Part shown: positions 51,425 to 63,462 of the stretch, in pieces | Layout of the letters: the number at the start of each line of letters is the position of its first letter | Position numbering within the stretch: the stretch's first letter is position 1 | DNA from: Lama glama | Lineage: Eukaryota | Assembly (NCBI GenBank): GCA_028534125.1 | Contig: CM052816.1 | Location: 62,808,001 to 62,872,000, forward strand | Direction: 5' to 3' | DNA: 64,000 nucleotides | Translations under genes and position numbers: made by a program | The notes under the pieces: model-generated | Told to the model about the DNA's origin: nothing | The model's input: the letters and a program-made list of their open reading frames with translations, nothing else | Database searches by the model: none

Positions 51425-51666
51425 ACTTACTGGGACTTCAATCAGATCTGCAAAATCCCTTCACACTAGCACCCAGATTAGCGTTTGCTTGAATAAGTGA
51501 GAGAAGATGTGTATATGCAGCAAAAAAATCTCTACTTCTCCTTCATTTACCAATTTCATCAAAAGAGCCTATCCTCTGTAGCCCACTCTACCTAGAAAAA
51601 CAGTGAAAAAAAATTCTGAGGACTTTAGCTCAACCTAGCCAAGTTGACACATCAAAAGCCATCACA
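51425..51666 (-). mobile_element. LTR fragments (MLT1E-like piece, then MLT2/ERVL-like LTR end)
   Basis: 'atctgcaaaatcccttcacactagcacccagattagcgtttg' and 'cctagccaagttgacacatcaaaagccatcaca'. Confidence 0.55.
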
Positions 51667-52141
51667 TATAATAGGATCATATTACTCTTGAGTAGAAAGT
51701 ATACAGTTTTTCTTTGTGGTTCTCCGTATTATCCAACTTTTGAAATATATACATAAATAATACAACTTCCAAAAACTGGAAACTACCTTAGAATTTATTA
51801 AATGTTAATATTATTTGAGAAACCGTACAAAAACACATACAAATGACCAAGAGACATTTAAAATAAATATTTAATTTTACTATTAATCACTATTAATTTA
51901 CTATTAATCACTATTATTCTATTTAAACATACAAATGAAACTGTAAATGTATTTCTGGTTACTATTAATCACTATTATTCTATTTAAACATACATATTAT
52001 TCTATGTAAATGTATTTCTGGTTTTAGTTATCAAGAAAGTAAAGTTTAAGAAAAGAATATCTATTGTTAAAATTAATGAGGAAATGGTCACTTACTCCTT
52101 TTGTCATAGAATCCTGGAAAGGGTACAAACTATATTTGGAA

Positions 52142-52169
<28 letters not shown>
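52142..52169. repeat. (GT)14 microsatellite
   Basis: Read directly. Confidence 0.97.
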
Positions 52170-52172
<3 letters not shown>

Positions 52173-52772
52173 AATCAATACTTAGAAAAGGAGCAGTGTG
52201 TTATTCTTTGAAATAATGAATGGATGTGCAGTATTATCCATATAGAAATAATGTACATATCCATAAAATTATAATAGTTATATTTGAAAATATTAGTTAT
52301 TATCTATATATAAAATATCAAAAATGATTCTGTTACTATTAAACTCCCTTTACAAATGCATTTTCCTTAGGTGTTATCTAGGAAGGAGACCCACCAATAG
52401 CATAGGCTAAAAGCAATTCATAAAACAGAAGTAGTTTCAAAAAAATATTTTTTTTAAAATGATGATACAAATGAGCTTCCAAATCCTATCTTGGACTGAG
52501 CTATCTGGAAGCATATTCCTTTCACATTTATTGCTTAAAATAGTATGATGTGTGAAAGGTAAGAAAAAATATTATGTGGGATATGAGTACGTAATAGAAA
52601 GTATTAGAAAGGTCGACAAAAATTAATGCCTTGCAGAATATATGAATCTCAACTAGAATATTGAAAATAAATCGTTTAGGTGCTCTTAAGATAAAGGCAA
52701 TATTATTATGGTACAAATTGAATTTAAAAAACCAGAAGAAATAAAAAATATACTATCAGTTCCCTCACCAGA

Positions 52773-53307
52773 GGTTTCAGTTACTTTTTTCTATATAACT
52801 AAGCATGCCAAAATTTAGTGGCTTAAAACACCACTTTATTATTTTTCATGGTTCTTTGTATTGACTAGGATCGGCTAGGTGGTTCTTGCTTGAGGTCTCT
52901 CACATAGTTTCAGTAAGATGATATTTAGGCCACAGTAATCTGAAGGTTCACATGGGCTGATGTTCAAAATGGTGCGTTCACAAGACAGGCAATTGATGCT
53001 GGATTTTAGGTGGGAACTCAGCTATGACTGGCCACAAACATGCCTACACATGACATTTCCATGTGACTTGGACTTCGCATATCAAGGTCAAGTTCTGATA
53101 GTTACTCTAAGGAGGAATGTTTCAAAAAATCGAGAACATTACTTCCATATAAATCTGTTGTTCATGCAAGTCACTAAGACAACCTAGATGAAGGGGAGTA
53201 AATTAGGTTCCACATCTTGATGGGGGGATGGAAAGGTCACTATTCAGAATGGTGTGTGGGACAGGAGGTATTGCTTTGGCCATTGTTGTAAAATGACATC
53301 TGCTACA
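52773..53307 (-). mobile_element. MaLR MLT1H-like solo LTR
   Basis: 'ccaaaatttagtggcttaaaacaccac', 'ggcaattgatgctggattttaggtgggaactcagct', 'ccacatcttgatggg', ends 'atctgctaca'. Confidence 0.82.
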
Positions 53308-53346
53308 TAACTGTTTCCTCAAAATCAAGTGATCTGATGAAACTTT

Positions 53347-53807
53347 TTTTTAAATTGATTAAAATTTATTTTTTAATTGAAGTGCAGTTGATTTACAACA
53401 TTAGTTTTTGGTGTACAGCGTGTGATTCAGTTATACATGTATATATTTTTTATATTTTCATTATAGGTTATTATAAGATATTGAATATAGTTCTCTGTAC
53501 TATGCAGTTGGACTTTGTTGTCAATCTATTTTATGTATACTGGTTTGTATCTGCTAATCTCAAACTCCTAATTTATCTCTCACCCTCTTTCCCCTTTGGT
53601 AAGCATAAATTTTTTTTTTATGTCTTTGAGTCTGTTTCTGTGGTATAAATAAGTCCGTTGGTATCATTTTTTAGATTCCACTTTTAAGTGTTACCATATG
53701 GTATTTGTCTTTCTCTTCCTGACTTTCTTCATTTAGTATGAAAATCTTTAGGTCCATCCATGTTGCTGCAAATGGCATTAATTTATTTTTATGGCTGAGT
53801 AGTATTC

Positions 53808-53850
<43 letters not shown>

Positions 53851-55707
53851 CGCGTGCGCGTATAACATTTTTATCCAGTCATCTGTCAGTGGACATTTAG
53901 ATTGTTTCTATGTCTTGAATATTGTAAATAGTGCTGCTATGAACATTAAAATGCATATATCGTTAGAGTTTTCTCCAGATTTATGCCCAGGAGTGAGATT
54001 GCTGGATCACATGGTAACTCTATTTTTAGGTTTGTTTTTTTTAAGGAATCTCCATACCATTTTCCATAAGGGCTGCACCAAATTACATTCCCACCAACAA
54101 TGTAGGAAGGTTCTCCTTTCTCCACACCCTCTCCAGCATTTATCATTTGTGGAGTTTTTACTGGTGGTCATTCTGACTGGTGTGAAATGATACCTCACTG
54201 TAGTTTTGATTTGCATTTTTCTGATAATTAGTGATATTGAGCATTTTTTCATGTGCCTATTGGCCTATTGGTCTTCATTGGAGAATTCATTATTTAGGTC
54301 ATCTGCCCATTTTTAGATTGGGTTGTTTGGGGGGTTTTTTATTGTTGTTATTGAGTTTTTTATATATTCTGGAAATTAAGTCTTTGTCAATCACATCATT
54401 AGCAAATATTTCTCCCACTCTGGAGGTTGTCTTTTTGTTTTGCTTATGGTTTCCTTTGCTGTGTAAAAGCTTTGAAGTTTAATTAGGTCCCATTTGTTTA
54501 TTTTTGCTTCTATTTCTATTGCTTGAGTAGATTGCCCTAGGAGAACACTGCTAAGGTTAATCTGCTACATTCTCATTTGTCTCAAGGTATTTTTAAATTT
54601 CCTCTTTGATATCATCATCAAACCATTGGCTTTTTAGTAGCATTTGTTTAGTCTCCATGCCATTGTTTTTGCTTGTCTGAGAAATTCTTTATATCTCCTT
54701 CTATTCTAAATGATAATCTTGCTGGGTAGAGCATCCTAGTTTTCAAATGTTTCCCTTGAGGACTTTGAATATATCTTGCTGCTCCTTTTTGTCCTGCGAC
54801 CTTTCTGTAGAGAAAGCAACTGATAGCCTTATTGGGATTCCCTTAGAATTAACTCTTTATTTCTGTCTTGCTGCCTTAGAATCCTCTCTTTATCTTGAAC
54901 TTTGGGCATTTCAGTTATAATATGTCTTGGTGTGGGTCTGTTTGGATTTATCTTTTTTGGGACCCTCTGTGCTTCCTGTAGCTGGATACCTGTTTCCTTC
55001 TTCAGATTTAGGAAGTTTTCAACAATAATTTATTCAAATACATTTACAATCCCCTTTTCTTTTTCTTCTCCTTTTGGGATCCTCATTATGCACAGATTAG
55101 GATGCTTTATATGAATTTAGGAGTAACAGTTATCTACTGTGGTCTTGAAGGGTGTGTTTACGTGGGAGCCTTGTGAGTGTAATATTTTTGTTGTGAAGGC
55201 TGTTTTTAGTAGAGATGGCTACTATGTCTTTCCTCTGTGTGTGCTGGCTGTTATCCCTTTGTTGGGGGATGTGATTGGTGGTGTGGTGACCAGAGCCTGC
55301 ACTGGATGTTGAGTGGTAGTAACTCCTCTTCCATCTGTGATTGTCACAGTCCTGTCAGCAGTATGGTCTCTCTCTGTTCTACCTGCCACCACTTGGCTGC
55401 TGCACTCTCCTCTGAGCCTCTGAAGCTCCCTATCTGTTCTGGGTGATCTCTCAACCTTCAAAGGGGGTTCCCAAGGTGAGCTCTTTAACAGTTTCCTCCC
55501 AGGGGCACAGGTCTTGTCCTGATTCTTTTTTTTTTTAATCCTACCTAGTTACACAGTTACTTTTCTTGTAATTTTGCCTGTATGAGATCTTCTGTCAGAG
55601 TTCTGTCAGTATTCTGTGAGAATTGTTCCACATGTAGATGTATTTTTGGTGTATTTGAAGGAGGAGGTGAACTCCTCATCCTTCTTTTCCACTATCTTGA
55701 TCTCCAC
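53347..55707 (-). mobile_element. LINE-1 with both termini and 13-bp TSD but multiple internal deletions (2361 bp)
   Basis: 5' terminus near 55707 (antisense 'ggaggaggtgaactcctcatccttcttttccactatcttgatc'), ORF1 motifs (QLQEAQRVP), ORF2 C-terminus (ORF 54007..54252 KCWRGCGE...[15 protein letters not shown]), 3'UTR and T-tail. TSD ctgatgaaacttt at 53334-53346 and 55708-55720. Confidence 0.92.
53810..53864. repeat. (TG)16(CG)6TG(CG)2 compound dinucleotide repeat
   Basis: Read directly. Lies within the L1 3' region. Confidence 0.95.
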
Positions 55708-57540
55708 CTGATGAAACTTTGTATGACATATTTTATATATCAGTTACATCCATATTTTTAATTCACTTATTACTCATCTCAGGCTTTATAATATTTCCCT
55801 ACATAATCAGTGGCAGACACTTTGACTCCTAATATATTAGTGGCTAAGTCTAGGTCTGTATTTCTAGTTCTAAGCTTGTCATAGATTAACTATTTGAATT
55901 TTGTTCTTCATCTCATTTACTTCCCAGTTAATTACAATGAAGAGCTATTGATGTAATTAAACTGGAATAATCCACTTCCTTACTAAGTTAGCTGTTACTT
56001 TCTTGTCTCTTTGATTTAACAGAATTACTAACAAGGGTCCCAAGTCTAGTGTCAAGGGTCTAAATCAGATGTTTAATCTGTACTGTAAGTGGAATTCTAC
56101 AAATCTCAGCAGCTGAGAGCTCCCTTTTGTCAAATACTTTCTTAATAAATACTTCCCTGTAAGTACACCAATGTCCCTCATGAGATGTCGTTATTACTTA
56201 ATTACCCTGTGCTCAGGGACATGGAGAATGCCAGAGGATGAGCAGAGGCAGAACTGCATGGTGGAACAACCCCAATTTTCTAGGGAGCTTAGTCCTAAGG
56301 CAGAGAATATAAGAGATAATCAGTGATAGTTTTTCATCTGCATCAGATATATAAATTAAAATGCAATTGCTGCGATTAAAATGGAGGCGTTTATATTACC
56401 ATTCTTGGGACTATCGTGTCACATCATGTAATGAAATAATTCATTGTGCTTCTCTTTAACTACCAATTAATATCTGAAAATATAGGGATAGTAGTTATTT
56501 AGTGATTCTGGACATAAACATATCCTAAATTTGTCAAAAAATATTTTAGCAAAACGTCAGATAGAAAAGTAGACAAGCAGAATATTGATATGTTTACTGA
56601 TACTGAAAGATGTCACTCTAGGAGACCTGGACCCCTTGGGCTTAAGTAACAAATTCAGGTGATATTTAACAACCCTTGAAGTTCAATGCTTCCTTATAAG
56701 CATGCCAGTCACTGAAGATTTATTGCCCTTTCATGTTTTTATGTTTATGTCAGAGAGACGACCTGTCTTTATACTAGTGACTTCTAACACAGGGAAGCTC
56801 TAAGAATGTCAAAAGCAGAGTAGAACAGAGAACAGCAGTTGGAGATAATTTCTAGTTGTAATGAACACAGAAAAGTGAAGCAGAAAGGCTTTTGGTTTTT
56901 TTAGCCTCACTGTTTGTTTTCTTTTGTTTATTTTTCTGGTCATCAAATCTTATTCCTTCATTACTTTTCATATCTTTCTGGTGCTGGATGTGTTCTTTTC
57001 ACCTATGTACACATTCTAAGGACACGTGAATTTTAGATTCCAGCTGAAGCAATCCAGTTTTTTTTTAATTTGTTTGTTTGGTGGGGAGGTAGTAAAGGAA
57101 GAGCACATCAGAATTCCAATGTATAATTTTAGTCCTCCTCCCTCAATACAATCATAGCAGAGTTAGAGACAGTCTACGAAAGAGCAACAACAAAAGTAAA
57201 AGACATTAAAGATATCCATCTAAGGAGAAAGCAGAAGAGTTAGGAGCCATTATCAGAAATAATGAAACATGAAAGGGAAATGATGAAAATCTACAGATTA
57301 AGTAAAGGTATTAATATAGTGAACATGTGTTCATTCAACAAATAATAGAACATGAGAGGAATGGCATAATGATCTCTTAATAATTTATCATGTCAAATCC
57401 TATGCTACCTAAACTTCCCAAGGCTCATGTCAGGATATCAGAGTATGTCCTTTCAGACCCCTCTTTCACTTGGTATGCGATGAAAGGGAAGCATGTCACT
57501 GTCCGTTCATTTCAGTGGAAGGGTAATGTGAAATGGAGAG

Positions 57541-57980
57541 TGTTGTCCCCTACCCAGTTCTATAAGAATTGAGTCATCAGCCACTGCAGTTGCTGATCTA
57601 CAATGCACCCTGAAAGGCAGAGATCAGAAATGAAGCACTGTGCTCTGGGAAAACTGGCAGAACAGGTCTTCAGATAGTTAAATATTTTCAGGAGAAATTT
57701 TTATGAACCCAGATTCTTGCATCCTCCATACTTAGTAAATCACTAAAACTGTTAACTAAGATATCTGTTCCTCATGACTAGCAGCAGTCTTCTACTGAGA
57801 TGTGTGCTTGATTGTATGTACCCCTTTGCCAAAATCATATATATACTCTCCTTCTCCCTTATCTCTTCAGAACAGTTTCTCAGAGCTACTGAGAGGCTCT
57901 CTCCTGGCTGTAGTCCTCAGTAAGGCACTGAATAAACTGAACTCACAGCTCTTACATTGTGTATCATTTTTAAGTTGACA
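57541..57980 (+). mobile_element. ERV1-class solo LTR, 440 bp (cetartiodactyl MER41-like)
   Basis: TG...CA termini (tgttgtcccctacccag...aagttgaca), TATA-like tract near 57838 and AATAAA at 57931-57936. Family assigned by resemblance. Confidence 0.75.
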
Positions 57981-58227
57981 GTAAGAATGCACAGAACACT
58001 AACTTTCCTATGCGAAGTTCTGTCCTCCTTCTACTAGTGACTTATGAACTTCTCAAGATTAATGAAGAGCCAGGGGCCACAAAACCAGTTGTTGCCAGTC
58101 TCCTTTGTCAGTGGTCATGCACCTTGCTTTAGAATGTGGGAACAGCTGACATTTATTGTTTGGTTTTTAGCCTTCAGTGTTTCAGCTGAAACAGAAAGAG
58201 TGCCATTTTATCATCCTGTTATATGGA

Positions 58228-58360
58228 TATTGCTCCATTTAATGATGGTTAAACTTAAGTTTAGCAGCATTGAGGTAACTTTTTCAAGGTCACACAGCTT
58301 ATGGGGAAAGAGTTGGAATTCAAAATCATGTCTGTTTGATACTAAAATACATATTTTAAA
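58228..58360 (-). mobile_element. MIR SINE fragment
   Basis: 'gtaactttttcaaggtcacacagcttatggggaaagagttggaattcaaaatcatgtctgtttgatactaaa'. Confidence 0.7.
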
Positions 58361-58439
58361 AATTATACTGTGACATTTTTGAGAACAATATTGAGCCTTA
58401 GAAGCTTTCTTCTCATTTCCTGCTGCACATTCTGCATTT

Positions 58440-58917
58440 TGCATTTCCATATCTGTTCTCTGGCTGATCTCCATCCTGATCTGTGCTTAAGAAGGTGACC
58501 TTGTGGAAAGTATCAGTCAACTTCCTTGCCTCTGGGTTCTGGTTGGCTTTGGCCAATGGCAGGCACCAGCAGGAGATGAGGGAGGGCAGGGGGATAATGA
58601 GTCAGGGGTATTTATTCCTCTGGCTTCCTCCCAGCCAGGACTATGACTTGGCGGTAGCCACATTTCTCTTTAGAAAGCCACAGTTCCTGTCTGATGGACC
58701 CTCACATATGCTAAAGCCCTTTTCTGAATTCCAGTACCTGGGGACTCCCCTTGCACTGTCAGATCTGCTGATGGTAGTGACTGTTGCTGGGTGTTAGTGC
58801 ATCCCTTATTGGTTTCCTTGAATATTGTCAACAGCTTTCTAAATAGTGCTTTCATTAAACACTTCTGAAGTACCCATTTGAGGGTGTCCTGTTTTCTATT
58901 GGGAGCTTGACAAATAC
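58440..58917 (+). mobile_element. ERVL LTR33-like LTR
   Basis: 'tccttgcctctgggttctggttggctttggccaatggcaggcaccagcaggagatgagggaggg...tcaggggtatttattcc' and 'taaatagtgctttcattaaac'. Confidence 0.8.
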
Positions 58918-60829
58918 CCCTACAAACTGATAGGCCAATTTATTCATGGTATACTGCACAAAGAGAAACATTGTTTTTCCAATTTTCTCTTTAAATGTTA
59001 GAACCAGGGGTAGAGGTGGTGGTGTCAGGAAGGGACAGAACTTGTCCATATAAATGATACTGCATAGGAAATGAAATGTAGAAATAGTGATATTAAAACT
59101 TGACACCCTTAAAATGTCATTATATGGGGGATTCACAACTACACTAATATATATGGAAAACTATAGTTTTCACAGTCTAAAAATTTCTCATATCCTTCTT
59201 GGGCACAGCTGAACTTGTCCATTGAAAACATTTCAGTCTTTCCAGATAAAGCAGTCTCTTTTAAGTTTAAACAGTCATTTAATTTAATTACATCAGTGTT
59301 CATTTATATAGTCTCATTCGAATCACCTAGCCTATTTAAATAGTCTTGTTTTCTGTTTTGCTTTCCCACTACTTGGTATGTGGGTTTGGAGCAGGCTCAC
59401 TGTGTCATTATGCTAACCAAGGAAAAGAAGCACTAGATTCTATAAAAGCCAAAAATAATAACATGAGCCACTCCTAAGGAGAGGCTATGGAAAGAAATGA
59501 GTAATCTAACAGCAGTGTCCTTTGCTCAAGGCAACAGATAAAGACATTTTACTGATGCATTCATTCAGAGTCTGCCATAACTACATGACTATCTGAATAA
59601 ACCTATTTAATCTTATTAACACTGTAACCATGATGAATACAGATAAAAACAAATCATTTGTCTTTCAATAACACAGCAAACAATAAAACAATGACTATGC
59701 ACCTATTATTTTATAACGCATTGTCTCTATTTTTATACTAGGTTCTTTCCTTGATAAATTACATGTCTGAATTCCTCAGGAAAGTATTTCACAGAAATTT
59801 CAAGGAAACTTTTGGCAAAGCTATCCCATTATTACTTACTGTTTCACTCTTTATTAACTCGAAGAGAAATTTGCCAAGAAAAATAAAAGATTATTCTGAA
59901 CTTTTATTGATTTTTCTTTTCCCTCAGTCTTTGTGGAAAGAAACACATTATGAATTAAGCTGCTTGAGCTCAATATAAAGTCTGAGTAAATAATGCTTTA
60001 ACCTCAAATCTTACCACAATCTCAAATCTTACCTCAAATCTCACAGTTCAAGTTCGACAAAAATGTCCTACTTACCAATGAGATATTCAGAGTAATAAAA
60101 AATAGTATGGGGTTCTTGCCTCCCCACATCCAAGTTCTTCTGTTCTTTGATTTTAATGAACTGAATACGATTTCAAATGATCTGTATGAATGTCTTCCTT
60201 CTTTAACTATTAGAAAATCATCCTTCCTTCACAAAAGGTGATACATTTCTATCTTGATCCAGATGCTGTTTCAGTTGGTTTTAGAGCTAAATTATGATCA
60301 AAAAGTTCTAAGTACCAATGTTTCCACAAGTGAAGACTTAACTTTTTGACAATGGCCCTTTAAATTTTATTTGGTTGTTAGCTAAGGAAATAGTAACTGC
60401 CTAGCTCTGAATCTGTCCACATTCCCTCCACATATCATACCTGGGTTATAAATAGAAGACAGAAAGCAAAACAAACGTCAAATTACCTCTCTGTAGAAAA
60501 GTAAACGCCAGTTTCCAGTAGAGCTTTTTCTTGCTCGAAGCCCTTTTGAAGAGTTAAGTGGGCCCAGAAGAATCTGTTTGTAAAAGAGAAGAACTGAAGT
60601 CACCCTTAGAAAGAGAAAGTTTACCCTAAGAATCTTTGTACATCAGATAACATTCTACAGGGAAGGGACCTAAGAGTGAATGGGGTTCAAAATGCCAGTT
60701 GTAAAAAGGCAATGGTTCTGAGAGAGAAGAGGATAAAAAGAAAAGGGGAATTACCCTCTGGAGACTGGTGACGGGAAAAGGAAGCAAGAGAGGAAAACTT
60801 AGGTTTCTGGAAAGACATGAAAAATAAGG

Positions 60830-61780
60830 CACATCTCATGCGTATATGTTAAAATTTACACTCTGACAATAGAAAACACACATTTTCCTCAGAAGCATTG
60901 GAAGATTCACAAAAATTGATCAAATATCTGTTTATATTGAAAGTATTAATAAGTTCCAGAAAGTAGAAACGTTGGCAACAATCTAAATGCCTATACATAG
61001 GAGAGTGACTGAATAAAATTTTATAGACACAGTACAATACTCTTCAACTGTAAAAGAATGAGGAAGTTCTCTATAAGTGAATATGTAATTGATTTTAAGT
61101 GAGAGAAAAAAAGCGAACGGTAAAAAGTAGTACACTTGAAATGCCACTTTTTCTAGAAGAACTGAGGAAAAGTAAGACAGTGATCTGAGCATGTTTCTCT
61201 CTCTAAAAAAGAAACACCGATAAACCAGAAGTAATGTAAATGATTATTTTTTGAGAGAGGGTGGGAATGAGGTAGAGCTCCTTTGGTGTGGTAGTTACTT
61301 CTTTGATTCTAGCTTTGTGTATAGAGTTTGATTTCTTGAATCATATTACTGTTTGCATATTAGATAAAACAAAATAGAATGGGGAAATTCTTAAAAAAAA
61401 AAACAAAATTAATGTATTTCAAAATAATAACCTAACCACTTTGAAGGAAAAACGTAATTATCCTGAGCATCTTTTATACAGAGCAGTTTGACTCTATAAC
61501 CTCAGCCTAAAGAAAAAACAAAATATAACAGATCTTTAAGTCTAGTTTTTCAGGTTAGTTTTTTGTAGCAGTGTAGTTTAGCAACTCTGAAGTTACTTTC
61601 TGAGTATTCTAGAATTAAGCATATAGATAAATATATTACAGATAATAGGAGCTAGGTTTTGCATCACTGGGGAAAGAAGTTCCAAATATGGAAAAGGAGA
61701 TTAGAATTAATGCTGTGGTGTTGGTGCTGAATTGGAATAGAAAATATCTATTAGATGTTTTTGCTATATAGGTCATAGAT

Positions 61781-61822
<42 letters not shown>

Positions 61823-62430
61823 ACGAGAAAGAAAGAAAGAAAAAGAAAGAAACACAGAAAGTAGACAGTAGAGGGACACACAAACACACACACACGTACG
61901 TTCCTGACATCTGTGTCTTGACAAAGAGTAGAAGAAATTACATTCCAGTAACAATGACCACACCTAATATTCTGATCTTCATTTCTAACTACTGTATTCC
62001 TGTAAAAGATAGCAGGGCCTGTTGAAGAAATGGCTGATTCTAAGCGTGGAGCAAGGACAGTAGAAAACAATAGAGGAGCATTCTGTTGTGCCAGACGAAA
62101 GAAAATTCTCCAAGAATCAGGGGAATATCTAACAGGACACAAGACACAAGTCAGTTTGAAGGCGCTCCCTCTGGCAAAATCGGGACATTTGAGTATCAAA
62201 TAAATAAGGAGAGTAACCAATTGTAACCCACTGAATAAAATGAGAATCCATACTTATACAAATAAAATAAATAACAAGGAAAATAATCTCTTCCTTACAA
62301 TTGAATACAAACTTATACATGTAGAAGTAAAGATTGAGTTGTAAAATGACCTCTTTGGCAATTACCTTATTAATAATCAGTCCAAGCAAGAATTATCAAT
62401 GTATGCTCAAAGCAATGGGTAAAAATTAAG
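60830..62430 (+). mobile_element. Ancient L1MC-like ORF2 pieces and long 3'UTR
   Basis: 'acacattttcctcagaagcattggaagattcacaaaaattgatca', 'caatctaaatgcctatacataggagagtgactgaataaa', 'agaagaaatggctgattctaag', 'gaatcagggaatatc'. Confidence 0.7.
61781..61852. repeat. Compound STR: (GATA)10 followed by imperfect (GAAA)n
   Basis: Read directly. Confidence 0.95.
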
Positions 62431-63258
62431 AAAAAAAGTTGTTTTAAATGGTACAATCAGAGGACTTCTACGAAGAGGGCATTTTACCATCTTAGACCCC
62501 TGAATTTTTGGATCTGGAGAAAAAACATTAGAAATCATCAAATCATGTGTTTGCCAGTGTGGGATGAATACATTGGGTGGTACAGAGTAAGATAGAAACA
62601 TTTGTAAGCACTAAACACTGAGCAGTCTATGATACACTCCAAAAGATTTGAAATAAAACAAGATTTACCATAAATTCATGGAAAGAAGCCCACATATGTT
62701 TTCCCATGGTGACTGTATGAAAGCTTTTTTCTAAAATAGCATGTCTTAAGTTTTTATGCCTTTGAAATTTCTTTGTATGTTGTCTTGCTCAGCACTACAT
62801 ACAAGGGATGCTTGTGGACAGAGTGAGATGAATTTAGGTGGCGTTACACAGAGCATACATTTTCATTAAATCACATCATGGGAAAATTTTCCTTTCAATT
62901 GCTCATCTATACGTTTGATTTCTTAAAATGAAACTTCTCATCTGTCCTCATAAAACTTTACCATCTTTCTAACCATCTTTTTACCATCTTTTTCTAAAAA
63001 GAGAATTCGGGCTTAAACTTCCCAGCTTTTAGCAGTCAATAATACCAGTGGAAAATGTAATGACACTATTTTGTTTTTGTTACTATTTTTGTCAGTTATT
63101 ATGCAGTTTTCTTTTAAACTACATTTAAGTGAAATACTGAATCTGCTTTTAAAAATTAGTCTGCTTTACAAATGGTATGAAAATGACAGTATTGAAATCA
63201 GGGAAAGACTTTCTTCCCTTATTTCATATATAAAATAAAGAATTTATTTTATATAGAT

Positions 63259-63462
63259 CAAAGGTTAACAAACTTTCTTCCATAAAGCACCAGGTGGTAA
63301 ATATTTTAAGTTTGGGTTACCGTACAAACTCTGATGTAACTATTCAACCCTACCCCTGGAGTGAGAAAGCAGACATAGACAATGCGTAAGTGAGTAAGTG
63401 TGGTTGTTGTCCAGATAACACGAAAACAGACTGGCTTAGGCCCTGTAACTTGCTGATCTCTG
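63259..63462 (+). mobile_element. MER58A-like hAT-Charlie MITE
   Basis: Termini 'caaaggttaacaaac' and 'cttgctgatctctg', with core 'gtaaatattttaag...aaagcagacatagacaat'. 8-bp flanks atatagat / ttataaat (6/8). Confidence 0.8.

Noticed and set aside
60001..60042. Short repeated motifs (ctcaaatct x3; also accatcttt x3 near 62960 and tttctttttgaaa x3 near 38895-38968) suggesting an array
   Set aside because: Only 2-3 irregular copies with no regular spacers. This is ordinary slippage in AT-rich eukaryotic DNA and not CRISPR-like.
61636..62220. 194-aa minus-strand ORF
   Set aside because: It runs through GATA/GAAA/CA microsatellites (LSIY repeats) and ancient L1 3'UTR, so it is low-complexity read-through.
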